NCBI GenBank assembly: GCA_965240325.2
Contig: OZ251228.1
Span: 1-64,000 of the forward strand
Direction of reading: 5' to 3'
Source: Rebecca billardiae RCC1528
Lineage: Eukaryota > Protista > Haptophyta
Length of the DNA stretch: 64,000 bases
Shown: positions 11,025 to 22,314 of the stretch, piece after piece
Numbering within the stretch: the stretch's first letter is position 1
Layout: the number at the start of each line of letters is the position of its first letter
Notes under the pieces: generated by a model
Databases searched by the model: none
The model's input: only the letters and a program-made list of their open reading frames with translations
What the model was told of the DNA's origin: nothing
Translations under genes and position numbers: made by a program

Positions 11025-14000
11025 TCAGAGCTCATCCTTCTTCTTCTTGCCCCGCCCGCCGCCGCCGCCCGCGCCCTGCTCGTCGGCGATGCCGAGCACG
11101 GCCGCAGCCGCTCTGACGTACGCCTCCTTCTCCACGCACCCGTCGCACGAGCCGCCCGCACTGAGCAGCAGCGCGCGCAGCTTGCCGCTCGGCATCGCGC
11201 GCAGCGCGGCCACGCTCGTCGGCGCGGCGCCCGCCGCGGCCGGCTCGCTCGACGGCGGCTTGCCCCGCGGCGGCTCGCTCGACGGCGGCTTGCCCCGCGG
11301 CGGCTCGCTCGGCGGCGGCTTGCTCCGCGGCGGCTCGCTCGGCGGCTCGCTTCGCGGCGGCTCGCTTCGCGGCGGCTCGCTCGGCGGCGCCACCGGCTCG
11401 CTCGGCGGCGGCTCCGCGCTCCCCTCCGCCGCCGCCGCCGCCGCCGCCGCCGGCTCGCGCGCGGGCGGCGGCAGCCCCGGCGGCGCCCCTCCGCCGCCGT
11501 GCTCGGCGTGCATCCGCAGCGCCCAGCGCGCGAGCGCGTCGGCCGAGGGCGGCGCGCTGCCGCGCCACTCAAACTCGAGGCTGCGGTCGAGCAGCACGTC
11601 GTCCGCGCGCGCGCCGGGCGGCACGTACCGCAGGCTCGGGATGACGCGCAGCCCGAGCAGCCGGCACGCCGCCGCGCCGCCCGGCTGGCCGCTCGCGTCC
11701 TGGCACTCGACCGCGCCCCACTGCAGCCCGTCCGCGCGCGCCTCGCCCAGCTCGGCGCGCGCCAGCTTGGACGCGCCGCCCATCGCGGCGTGCAGCGCGG
11801 CGCACGGGCCGCACCAGCCGCCGAGCGCGGTGAACGCGACGACCCAGCCCTGCGCGCGCGCGCGCGCGCGGCGCCGCGCGGTCGCGGCGCGGCGTGAGCC
11901 GCGGTGCGGCCGCGCGCAGACGGCGGTCGGTCGGTGTGTCGGTGTGTCGGGCGCGCGGCGCACGCACCGTCGGCCGTCCGCTCGCGCACACGCCGCACGT
12001 GCGCGCGCACTCGGCGAGCGCGCGGCGCGGCTCGTCGGCGCACGGCGCGGCGCCGCGCGCGAGGCACGCGAGCGGCGCGTAGTCGGCGCACGCGCCGCGC
12101 GTCTGCGGGCGCACGTGCCGCTCGAACAGGTCGTGCGCGCCGAGCGGCACGACGCGCGGCGGCCGCCAGCCGCCCGCCGTCGCAAACGCGAGCAGCGCGT
12201 CCTGCGCGAGCGCGCCGTACCCGCCGAGCGTGTACGCCTCGTACTCGTGCACGCGGCCGTCGACGTGCAGCGCAAAGTGGGGCACGCCACCGTCCGCGCC
12301 GTGCGCCGCGCACAGCGCCGCGTCCTCCGGCGCGTCGCAGTCCACCGTCGCGACGCCCACGCCCGCCGCGCCGAGCGCGGCCGACGCGGCCGCCCACGGC
12401 TCCGCGACCGCGCCGCACGGCGGGCACCAGCCCGAGCCGCCCGTGTAGAGCGCGAAGACGGCGCGCCGCTCGGCCGGCGGGAACGCGGCCGCCCACGCGG
12501 CGCGGCCGCCGCGCACGCGCACCACCGTCGAGTTCGCCGCGGCGCGCGCCCACGCGCCCAGCGCGCCCGCCTCGTGCGGCGCGCCCGCCTCGCGCCGCGC
12601 GGCCGCGGGCGCGCGCAGCAGCAGCGCGTGCGGGAACGAACCGCCGCCGCCGGCCGCGGCCGGCTCGGCGTCGGCGAGCAGCTCGGCGCACGCGCGCCAG
12701 AGGGCCGCGTCCGCGTCGCACTGCACGAGCGCGACGCGCGCGTCGCGCCCGCCCGCCGCGCCGAGCGCCGCGCCCTCCGCGTCCGCGCAGCGCGCGCACG
12801 CGCCGCCGCGCGTGAGCACCGCGACCAGCGGCGGCGCGCCGCCGCCGCGCTCGGCCGCGGCCTCGGCGGCGAGCGCGCGCAGCGCGGCCGCGGAGGCGGG
12901 CGCGCGCAGCGCGGCCGCTGGCGGCGCGTCGAGCGCGCGCCACGCGGCGTGCGCCCAGCCGCGCAGCGCCTCCGCCGCGAGCCGCGCCGAGCGCTGCGCC
13001 GGCCGGCGCGGCGCGGGCGCGTCCGCGTCCGCGTCCGCGCCCGCGTCCGCGCCGCCGCCGCCCGCGCCGACCCACCGCCACGGCGCGGCGCCCTCGGCGG
13101 CGGGCGGCACGCCGAGCAGCACGCCGGGCACGGCGCCCGGCGCCGCGCCGCACAGCGCGCCCCAGTGCGCGCCCTCGAGCCCGAGCGCGCGCAGCGCGCC
13201 GTGCGCGCGCGCGGCGGCGGCGGCGTCCGCGCACAGGCCGGCGCCGCGCTGCGCGGCGAGCAGCGCGGGCGCGCGCGCGCCGCACAGCGCGCACGCGCGC
13301 GCGCACGACGCGCGCATGTACGCCGGGTTGCGCGCGCACTCGCCCGCCGCGGCCCACTTGGCGCACGCCGCCGCGCCGCCCGCGTCGGCGCACGCGCCGC
13401 CCGCCTCCGCCAGCGCCGCCTCGTCCGCCGCCACGCGCGCCGCCAGCCGGTGCAGCTCGAGCGGCGCGCCGCCGCCGCCCAGCAGCAGCGCCGCGCGGCC
13501 CGAGGCGCGCGCGCGGCCGAGCGCGGCCACGAGCGCGTCGGGCGTGCCGACGCGCACCACGCCGGCGGGCTCGACGCGCGCCGCCGCCCACTCCGCCAGC
13601 CGCGCGCCGAGCAGCCGCCCGTCGTACTCCTCCTCCTCCTCCTCCTCCTCCCCCTCGTGGGCAGCGGCCGTGTAGAGGCGCGCGCACGGCGCGTACACGA
13701 CGCCCAGCGAGCCGCACGCGCCGTGCCGCGCGCCGCTCGCGTCGGCGGGCTCGCACTCGAGCGAGGCGACGCCGATGCCCGTGCCCTCGAGCAGCGCCGC
13801 CGCGATCCGCGCCTCGTCCGGCTCGACGCGCGCCTCCGCCTCGGAGAAGAGCACGAGGCGCGCGCCGCCGCCGCCGCCGCCGCCGCGCCGCACGGCGGCC
13901 GCGAGCGCCGCCGCCGCGCCGCGCGCGAGCGCGGCGCCGTCGATCGCGGGCAGGCCCTCGCGGGGCAGCAGGCTGACGGCCCACTCGACCAGCGCCTTCG

Positions 14001-14637
14001 CCTCGAGCCGCCCCTCGTACGCGTGCCGCACGCGCCGGCCGAGCCGCGGGTCGTGCGCGTACGCGACCACCTCGGGGAAGCGGCGCGCGCCCGCGCACGC
14101 GCCCTGGTGCTCGCCGCAGTCGAGCGCGCCGAGGCGCGCGACGCCGGCGAGCTTGGACGCGGCGGCCTTGTACTCGGGCACGAGCTCGTGGCACGGCCCG
14201 CACCCCGCCATGTAGAACGCCACGAGCCACAGCGCGGCCGTCGAGCCGTCGAGCGCGTTGGTGGCGTCGAGCGCGGCGAGGTTGCGCACGTCCGACGCGG
14301 CGTACGCCTCGGAGGGCGGGCGCGTGCGCGCCTCCTCCTCGTCGCCGCCGTACAGGTCGTAGTGCTCGCGCCGCTCCGGCGAGGAGAGCGTCTCGTACGC
14401 GTCGTTCAGCGCGGCCATCTGCTCGTCCGCGCGCGCGCACGCGGCCGCGCCGCCCGCGCACTTGTCCGGGTGCAGCGCGCCCGCGCGCTCGCGGTACGCG
14501 CGGCGGATCTGCGCGGAGGAGGCGTCGGGCTCGACGCCGAGCAGCGCGTACAGGTCCGCCTCCGGCCGCGCCACGCGGCCCTCGCCGCGCGCGCGCGCCG
14601 CCGCGAGCAGCAGCAGCGCCGCCGAGATCGGCCGCAT
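11025..14637 (-). CDS. ER-luminal ERdj5/DNAJC10-like co-chaperone/disulfide reductase: signal peptide, J-domain, thioredoxin domains, two ShK-like domains, MANF/ARMET-C-like domain, KDEL; intron 11850-11967
   Basis: Signal peptide MRPISAALLLL; J-domain with HPD (LHPDK) and AYETLSSPERREHYD; CGPC, WCPPC and WCGPC motifs; six-Cys ShK patterns; GT..CAG intron joins the two ORFs in phase 0; C-terminal KKKKDEL*. Confidence 0.88.
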
Positions 14638-14819
14638 GGGAGTCGTCGGTCGAGACACGCGCGCGCCTTTTTTTATTTCGATCTCGAATCTCGATTCGAT
14701 TACTCCCGCACCGACTGGCCATCTGCAGTGAATCGTGCGCACTATCAAGTCAGCTAGCGTGTGATATGACGCGCTACTCACACAGTGTGGGTATCACTGC
14801 TGCCGCCGACGCGCACGCC

Positions 14820-15840
14820 TCAGCTGGGCGCGTCCGCCGCGGCGGCGAGCGCGGTCAAGCGCATGCGGTCGACGAAGCGCGGCCGGCCCGCGCCGCCCGC
14901 CGCGCCGCGCTCCGGCGGCGGCGCGCTGAGCGCGGGCTGCGCGTGCCGGCTGCCCACAAACGTGCCCTGCAGCTGCGACGCGCACGCGCGCAGCTCGGAG
15001 AGCGAGGGCGCGCTCGCCGCCTCGTGCTGGAAGGCGGCCTCGTCCTCGATCCACAGCCGCACGCTCTCCACCTGCGCGCGCGCGCGCGGCGCGGCGCGCG
15101 CGCGCGCGACGCGCCGTCAGCGCGCGTGGGGCGACGCGGCGCGCGGCGCGGCGCGCGCGCACCTGCCGCAGCAGCTGCTCGCGCTCCGCCTGCAGCGCGG
15201 CGCAGAGCTGCTCGCCCACCGCGCGCAGCGCCTCGCGGTCGAGCGCGCGCGCGCCGTCGCGCAGCGCCGCGGCGACCGAGCTCGCCGCGTCCGCCGCCAC
15301 GCTCGGCGGCGGCGGCGGCGGCGGCGCCGCGGGCGTCGACGCTGGCCGCCGCCGCCCGCCCGCCGACGACGCGGGCCGCGCGCGCCCGCCCGCGCCGAGC
15401 TCGACGGCGGTGCGCGCGGAGGCGGAGGAGCCCGGGCGCGAGCCGTCCGTGCTGCTCCGCGCGGGCGAGCCGCCGCCGGACAGCGCCGCGCGCGCGTACG
15501 CCACCGCGCGCGGCTCGGCGGCGCCGCCGACCGGCAGCCCGCGCGCGCGCAGCTCGTCCGCGAGCGCGGCGATCTCGGAGACGACGGTCTCGCGGCCGGG
15601 CGGCTCGAGCGAGCGGAGCAGCGCGCCGCGTGCCAGCGCCTCGTCCGTCGAGGCGAGCAGCTCGTCGTGGATCTCGAGCAGCGCCTTGAGCTCGGCGGCG
15701 AGCGTCGCGCTCTCGTCGATGGCGCCCTGCCCGACCGCGCGCGCGAGCTCGGCCGCCTCGCCCGGGTGGAGGCGCGCGCACACCTCGTCCCACACGAGCG
15801 GGCGCTCCGACGGCGGCGCGAGGCCGCCGCGCTCGTCCAT
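14820..15840 (-). CDS. CCDC24: CCDC24-family coiled-coil protein; intron 15072-15162
   Basis: N-terminal LVWDEV..LHPGEAAELARAVG..AIDE..L.AELKALLEI, L..EREQLL..V..V...IEDE and PSLSELR resemble the CCDC24 family; canonical splice sites join the ORFs in frame. Confidence 0.65.
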
Positions 15841-15971
15841 CTCGAGCCCCGCGCGCCGCTGCGCAGCGGGGGGACGCCGCCGCGCGCTGCCGTGCCGTTG
15901 CAGGGCGGGCTGGCCCGGGGCCGTCCTGCTTGTTGCGGCGAGAGCAGCACGATCAAACGGGACGCCGAGCG

Positions 15972-17063
15972 ATGGCCGACGGCGGTTTCGTCGGCGCGCT
16001 GCTCGGCGCGTGCCGCGCGGGCAACGAGGCGACGGTGCGCGCGCTGCTCGGCAGCGTGCCGTACGACCGCGCGGTGGTCGGCGCCGCGCTCGTGTGCGCG
16101 TGCGAGGCCGGCCACGAGGCCGCCGCCGCCGCGCTCGTGCACTGGGCGTGCGCGCACGACCCGCCGGGCGCGCGGCGCCGCGCGCTCGACGGCGGCCCGC
16201 TCAGCGAGCGCACGCCGCTGGTGGCGGCGTGCGCGGGCGCGCACGCCGGCTGCGCGCTGCTGCTGCTGCACGCGCGCGCCGACGTGCGCGCCGCCGCGCC
16301 GCCGAGCGGCCTCACCGCGCTGCACGCCGCGGCGGGCGGCGGCGACGCGGCGCTCGTGCTGCTGCTGCTCGACGCGCGCGCGGACGCGGCCGCGCGCTCG
16401 CGGCAGGGGACGAGCGCGCTCGAGCTCGCGGCGGCGGCCGACGCGCTGGGCGCGACGAAGCTGCTCTGCGCGCACGGCGCGCCGCGCCCGCCCGCGCGCG
16501 CCCTCGCGGGCGCGCGCGGGCGGTCGCGCGCGTGGCTGGTCTCGAGCGCGTGCTGGAGCAGCCGGCTGCACCACGTCGCGCTGCTCGAGCCGCGCGCCGC
16601 GCGGCGGCTGCTGCGCGCGGGCGCGGACGTGCACGCGCGCGGCGCGGGGCCGGACGCGCCGACGCCGCTGTCGCTCGCGCGCGAGGCCCTCGCGCGCGAC
16701 CCCGACCACGGCGCCGCGCAGCTGGTGGCGGCGGCGGCCGCGCCGTGGTCGGAGCGGCGGCACGCGCTGCTGCCGCCCGCCGGGCGCGCGCGCGCGCGCT
16801 GGCTGCTGCTGCTCGGGCGCAGGCTCGCCGCGACGCGGCCGGGCGCGTCGGCGGCCGGCGCGAGCGCGCTGCTCGACGTGTGGCTCGCCCACGTCATGCC
16901 GCGCGCCGTCGTGCGCGCCGACTTTGTGGTGGACGCGCGCCTCGCCGAGGCGCGGTGCGACGACGACGCGTGGGACGCCGCCGACGGCGCGGCGCCCGCC
17001 GGCCGCGGCGACGGCGCGGCGGCGGAGGCGGCGCGCTGGCGGCAAGAGGCGGGCGGCAGCTGA
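15972..17063 (+). CDS. Ankyrin-repeat protein
   Basis: TPLVAAC, TALHAAA..GDAALVLLLLDARAD, SALELAA and LLRAGADVHA..TPLSLA ankyrin motifs; coding-like GC3. Confidence 0.88.
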   Translation: MADGGFVGALLGACRAGNEATVRALLGSVPYDRAVVGAALVCACEAGHEAAAAALVHWACAHDPPGARRRALDGGPLSERTPLVAACAGAHAGCALLLLHARADVRAAAPPSGLTALHAAAGGGDAALVLLLLDARADAAARSRQGTSALELAAAADALGATKLLCAHGAPRPPARALAGARGRSRAWLVSSACWSSRLHHVALLEPRAARRLLRAGADVHARGAGPDAPTPLSLAREALARDPDHGAAQLVAAAAAPWSERRHALLPPAGRARARWLLLLGRRLAATRPGASAAGASALLDVWLAHVMPRAVVRADFVVDARLAEARCDDDAWDAADGAAPAGRGDGAAAEAARWRQEAGGS

Positions 17064-17309
17064 GCGCAGGCGATGGTGAACCATATGCGCGCGTGAGTTA
17101 TCGTCGTCATCGCGTAGTATACTGTACGGAGTCCACCGCCTCATAATCACCACATCTGCCGGGCGCGCAGCTCACCGCGACGCCAAGTGACTCGTAGGTT
17201 CGTACTGCGGCCGCTTGCTGCAATGGCCGCCTCGATGAGGTGCGGCAACGCGCCCCTCACCTGCCTGCGCCGGTCTGTTTTGTGGCGGTGTCTTTGTGCA
17301 GTGTTGGAT

Positions 17310-17362
17310 GGCGTCAATCACGCCTTAACCAAGTGTGCACGTTAAAACATAGTAAACTGTAA
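17310..17362 (-). mobile_element. Terminal fragment of a dispersed TIR-type element (related copies at ~45656-45682 and ~62898-62952)
   Basis: Reverse complement TACAGTTTACTATGTTTTAACGTGCACACTTGGTT matches TACAGTTTAC..TTTAACGTGCACACTTGGTT at 62902-62950 and TACAGTTTA..TTTTAACGTGC at 45656. Confidence 0.55.
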
Positions 17363-18035
17363 TCTCGCCTGCCTGAGCTGTGTGCGTCTCTTATTCTTAG
17401 TAAACTGTATAGGATTCAAGTCACTCGTCCCCCTCGGCCATCGCGGCCACCGCCGTTGCGCCGGCCAGGGTTGCGAGGGCCACACGACGTCTCGTCGTCA
17501 GCAAAAACTCGGGGTGTGGCCGCATGCACGCTTCGAACGGCGGCGGCACACCGCGGATGCTCGTGGTCGGTTATCGAAACGGCAAGGCGTTCCGCACGGC
17601 ATAGGATAGCACGAATGGCATATGCGAGTGAGTACCTCTCCACACATTCTTGTAGGTTGTCCTAGGAGGACCGTTTGTATGAAAGTAAACGATTTCGCAC
17701 ATACAAAGATTGGACGCCTCGCGCGCGAACAATGTCGTATTTGCAAATATGGTAGAGGAGTCGGGGGGGGAGCATCAGGTAAAAGTGTGTTGTGCGTCAA
17801 GTCACTCGTCCCCCTTGGTGGCCGCGCTTGCGCCCGAGTCTTGGGTGATGCGAAGTCGAACCGGACTGTGATATGAGTACAACCCGAATTTGCATGCGTC
17901 ATATATGATTGATATGAGCGCCAGTCCGCCCCCAGAGCCGGTTCGTCGGTTCCTCGTATCGGCATCCACACTCTACTCGTCATCAGCGGCCCGCCGACGA
18001 CTTCGGAGTTCAGACGCAGGGAGCGAGGAGGCAGC

Positions 18036-19358
18036 ATGGCTTTCACCAGGCCGACGACGACGGCGGGCGTCGCGCGCCTCCTCCTCGTGCGCGCGCTGGC
18101 GGCGGTGCTGCTGCGCGCGCGCGGCGCGACGCCGCTGCCACAGCTCGCGGTCGTGACGCCGTGCCACCGCCCGCACCTGCCCGAGTGGACGCGGCTCGTC
18201 GAGTCGATCGCGCGCTCGCTGCCCGAGCCGGCCGAGCCGCGGTGCGCGTTTGCGCCGCCGTCGCACCTCACGGTCGTGACGGACGAGGCGGAGCGCGGGG
18301 TGTTCGAGCGCGTACTGCGCAGGGTGGGCGCGGGCACGCCGTGGAGCCTGGGCCGCATCGTGCGCGGCGCCGCGCTCGCCGAGCGCTTCGCGGTGCGCAC
18401 GCTGCACGGCGCGCTCGCACGCGCGGGCGCGGCGCCGCCGCCCGAGCCCGCGCTGCTCGACGCGCTCAACAGCAGCAGCAAGCACTGGGTGCAGAGCCTG
18501 AAGAAGGTGTACGGCTGCCTCAGCACCGCCGCGCACTCGTGCCTCCTGCTCGACGCCGAGTCCCTCGTGCTGCGCAACAACCTGTGCCACGCGGCGAGCG
18601 TGTACGAGCGGCGCGGCCGGCACGTGCTCATCACGCCGTGGCCCGAGCTGGGCCCGACCAAGTGGCTCACGCACGGCAAGGTGGCGGCGGGGATCAAGAT
18701 CTCGCAGCGGAGCGTGCCCGGCCTGCACCGAAGCGTGCGCAACGGCCTCGACCTCGACCCGGGCTTCCGCACGCCGTCCTTCTACGCGATGCAGAGCTAC
18801 CACTGGCTGCTGCGCCGCTCGGAGGTGGGCGCGTTCGCAAAAGTGGGCGTGCGCACGCACCAGGGCCTCGTGCCGATGCTCGCCGCGGCCACGCAGAGCA
18901 AGCTGGCGACCAAGCTCTTCGCCGTGGAGGACGCCTTCTACCGCTTCGCCTGGATGCGCCCCCGCTGGAACTACACCTACGTCGACGCGCGCGCGCTCGC
19001 GATCGGCGCGGTGGGCAAGGCGGCGTGGGAGGAGCTGAGCGCGATGACGACGCCGTACGGCGTGCTCGAGGCGCTCGGCTGCGCGGAGAAGCTGGCGCGC
19101 AGGCGAAGGCTCGCGCCGCCCGACCGCGCGCGGCACGTGCTGCCGATCGCGCGGGCCGTGTACGAGCGCACCGGCGTGCGCTTCGCGCGCTGCGGCCCGA
19201 CCGACGGCGGGCGCGCCGCATGGGCCGCGCTCGAGGCCGTGCTGGACGTGTGCACGTCCAACACCAACCTCGAGCAGGGCCGCGCGTACGCGTGCGTGGA
19301 CGACGGCCGGCCGTGCGACTGGCGCAAGCGGCCCGGCCAGGGGAACGAGTCGTGCTGA
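18036..19358 (+). CDS. Secretory-pathway protein, putative GT-A-fold glycosyltransferase-like (resembles DUF6492-type proteins)
   Basis: N-terminal hydrophobic segment; AVVTPC..H, LTVVTD, WVQSLKK and LLLDAES (DxD-like) motifs; clean codon bias; single exon. Confidence 0.6.
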   Translation: MAFTRPTTTAGVARLLLVRALAAVLLRARGATPLPQLAVVTPCHRPHLPEWTRLVESIARSLPEPAEPRCAFAPPSHLTVVTDEAERGVFERVLRRVGAGTPWSLGRIVRGAALAERFAVRTLHGALARAGAAPPPEPALLDALNSSSKHWVQSLKKVYGCLSTAAHSCLLLDAESLVLRNNLCHAASVYERRGRHVLITPWPELGPTKWLTHGKVAAGIKISQRSVPGLHRSVRNGLDLDPGFRTPSFYAMQSYHWLLRRSEVGAFAKVGVRTHQGLVPMLAAATQSKLATKLFAVEDAFYRFAWMRPRWNYTYVDARALAIGAVGKAAWEELSAMTTPYGVLEALGCAEKLARRRRLAPPDRARHVLPIARAVYERTGVRFARCGPTDGGRAAWAALEAVLDVCTSNTNLEQGRAYACVDDGRPCDWRKRPGQGNESC

Positions 19359-19909
19359 CTGATGCGCACGTGCGCGCGCGATGCCGCGGCCCGCGCCGGC
19401 GCGGCCGGCCGGCCGCGCCGGTCAGCCGGTGCCAGCCACGCCGCACGCCCCGCCGCCCCGGGGCGGGCCGGGCCCGGGCCCGCCGGGGGCTGAGGACTGC
19501 TGTGGATGATGCCCAGACCGTCGCCAAGTACATCAAACGCCGCTGACTCGGCCATCGGCGCTCTTCAGCAGGGACCTCCGCCTCGCCAAGACCGAGAATT
19601 CGTTCTCGGCTCGTCTACTTGGCAAAGCCAAAGGCCGCCGACATCATGATCAAGGCCGGCGGCTGCGCGCACGCGTGCGGAGGTCACGGAGACCCTGCTG
19701 CAGGTATGATGACGACAGGATTCCTCGAGCAGGGTGTCTCCAGCGCCGCCGACGACTCGCGGAGGAAGTCTGACACGCGGTAGGATCACTGCATTCAGCG
19801 CCTCGTCTAGACTGCATTTAGGCGCCATTAGCTATAGCATCGCAGTGGGAGATTTCGGAAAAACGTTGAATTCGGATTCATGCATTGAATAATAATAATT
19901 CATTATATA

Positions 19910-20455
19910 CAGGCAATCGCGGGCAATAAGAAGTCAGAGATCTCACGGCTAGCCTCTGAGTTTCTTAGCTGTTCGGTAGCCCGAGCGCCTACGTCAGAGT
20001 CTCAGTTTCTTAGCTAGGTCCGCCCGCCCGCGCGCAGGCGCGGGGGGCGCAGCCGGGGGCAGAGCCCCCGGCCGCTGAGTCTAAGTTAGGCCCGGCCGGC
20101 GAGGCCGACGAAAATTTTGGGCCATTTTGGAGCAAATCTGGCATGATGTTGCATGGATGCTGCGGTGCACTGGCCAGGAGTCAGTCATCAGGAGAAGTCG
20201 GGACTTGGCCTGTACTCGTAGTCGGGCCGCGCGCCGCGTCCCCGACTCGGGCCGACTGCGCCTCGCCCTCGGCTGACCACTCCGCGGCACTCGTCCGCCT
20301 GGACGACGTAGTCCCGGTTTCTTAGTGTGACTATGCGTCGTAGTAGCGAACCAGCCAATCGCTAGTCTCAGTTTCTAGGCCAGATCCGCAGATAGCAAGC
20401 CCCCGTTTCTTACCGTGACAGCTCCTTATTGCCCGCGATGATTGATGCCTGCTGT
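19910..20455. mobile_element. Non-autonomous TIR element (MITE-like), degenerate
   Basis: ATCGCGGGCAATAAG (19916-19930) is inverted at 20425-20439 and extends imperfectly to TA|CAGG..CTG|TA; internal GTTTCTTAG-like repeats; GGGGGCAGAGCCCCC hairpin. Confidence 0.65.
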
Positions 20456-21031
20456 ATTGAATTCATATCGTCATTGAATTCGGAATGAACTCGTCAATGA
20501 AACATTGAAAGGCGACGATCGAGAATCTAATTGAATCCAGCAGCATCCCTGACTACGACGCGCGCAGCAGAGTCATACGCCTGACGCGGAGTCCTGCCCA
20601 CCGCACTCGGCGGACTCGCGCGCAGTCCCGACGAAGGTTGGCACTCCGTCCGGCGCGGCGTCCGGAACGTCGGAACGACCGGAACCGCGACGACTGCCCG
20701 ACGGCGGACGTCGCGGTCCGGATGAGTATTGAGTGAGTCGCGTCGTACTCGTATATAGGCCGGACTCGTAGTATGTACGTCGACGATCATCATCTGTCTT
20801 AGCTGGCGCTGACGCTTGATATATATGACGACGCGATACCGCTGAAGCAGTTGTCATAGTGACAAAGTGTGACCGGCTGCAGGTCAAACAAGGGGCGCGG
20901 GCCTACGGCCCGCCATCATGAATACGGCCCGCCATTCCTTCAGATACCGCCGCCGCCGCTGGCGGGCGCGGCGCCGGGGCGGCGCGCGGCGCCGAGCCGG
21001 CCATGCGCGCGCCCGCCGCCCGCCCGCCCCC

Positions 21032-22034
21032 TCAGCTGCGCACCTCGACGTACTCCTCGAGCAGCGGCTGCAGCGCGCCCTCCGCCGCGCCGGCCGGGTG
21101 CGGCGGCTGCCGCGCGCCGTGCGGCGCTCGCAGCAGCGCGCGCAGCGACACCTCCGCAGCGGCGCCCGCCTCGGCGGCGCTGCACCGGCAGTAGGCGACG
21201 ACCGCGCGCTCGCCGGGCGGCGCGCCGTCGAGCTCGAGCGAGTGCGACGGTAGCCCGTAGAACGCGCACACCGCGTGCAGCAGCAGCCGCTCGAAGGCGG
21301 CGCCCGGCTCGGCCGCGCTGCTCGCCGGCTGCAGCAGCAAGGGCGCCCTGCGCGGCGCGGGGCGCGCGCACCCGCGCGCGGCGCGGCGCCGTGAGCGCGC
21401 GCGGGGGGAGGGGGCGGGCGGGAGGGCGGCGGCGGCGGCGGGCCCTGCGCGCGCGCGCGCGCGCACCCGCCGTCCTGCGCCGCGAGCGCCGCGCGCCGGC
21501 GGAGGAACGCGCGCGCGCGCTGCTCGGCCGCGCCGACCGCGGGCGCGTCCGCGCGCGCGCGCAGCAGCGGCCGCGCGCGCCGCTCGACGCGGCGCCACAT
21601 GGTGGCCTCGAGCGGCTCGCGCGCGTGGGGCGGCTCGCTCGCCTCCCGCTGCACCACGCCGAGGAACGCCGCCTCCTCGAGCGGCGCGCTCACAAACGCG
21701 AGGCGCGCGGGCTCATTCTCCGCGCGCCACAGCAGCCGCAGCCCGCCCTCGCGGTCGGCGGCGGGGCCCCACGGCTCGTCCATGTCGACGACGGAGTCGA
21801 CGTCGACGACCGAGTCGGCAAACGTGTCGTTCTGCGCGCGCGCGCGCGCGCGCCGCCAGCGTCGGGGCCGGCCGGGCGCGAGCGACGCGCGCGCGCGCGC
21901 GCGCGCGCGCTCACCATCATGCGCCGCAGCTTGCGCGAGCCGAGGCGGCGCGGGTGCACGCGGACGTGGTCATGGAGCGAATGCGCCTCGGTGTGGAACC
22001 CCACGTCCTCGAGCGTGGCGTACAGCGTCGCCAT
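21032..22034 (-). CDS. R3H-associated/R3H-domain protein (R3HDM4-like); introns 21832-21914 and 21348-21466; 3' end uncertain
   Basis: GSRKLRRMMND R3H-associated motif after splicing; WRRVERRAR; FERLLLHAVCAFYGLPSHS R3H motif; splice phases consistent. Confidence 0.78.
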
Positions 22035-22314
22035 CGCGGCTAGGATGCGCGCCGCGGGGTTGCCGCTCGGCGGACCAGCGCGCCGCTTCTTGAAGGGTCG
22101 CGGTGGGCAGGGCGCGTCCGTCCCCAATGCCCAAACCGGCCGCCCGGCGCTTTTTCGTCCCGCCTTTTCGGCAACAAACTCCTCGCGCTGTCGCCAGTTG
22201 GCCCCGCACCGAGGAGCACGGGAGGCCAAGGGGGCGCCGTAGGGAGGCGGCACTGCCAGTGGCGGCACCGCCTTGTCCCTCAAAAGGTTCAGTCGCTTCA
22301 GCGCCATCTCACGA

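Noticed and set aside
10970-14757. 1250-aa and 1236-aa Arg/Ala-rich ORFs overlapping the J-domain gene
   Set aside because: Off-frame and antisense shadows of a GC3-saturated CDS.
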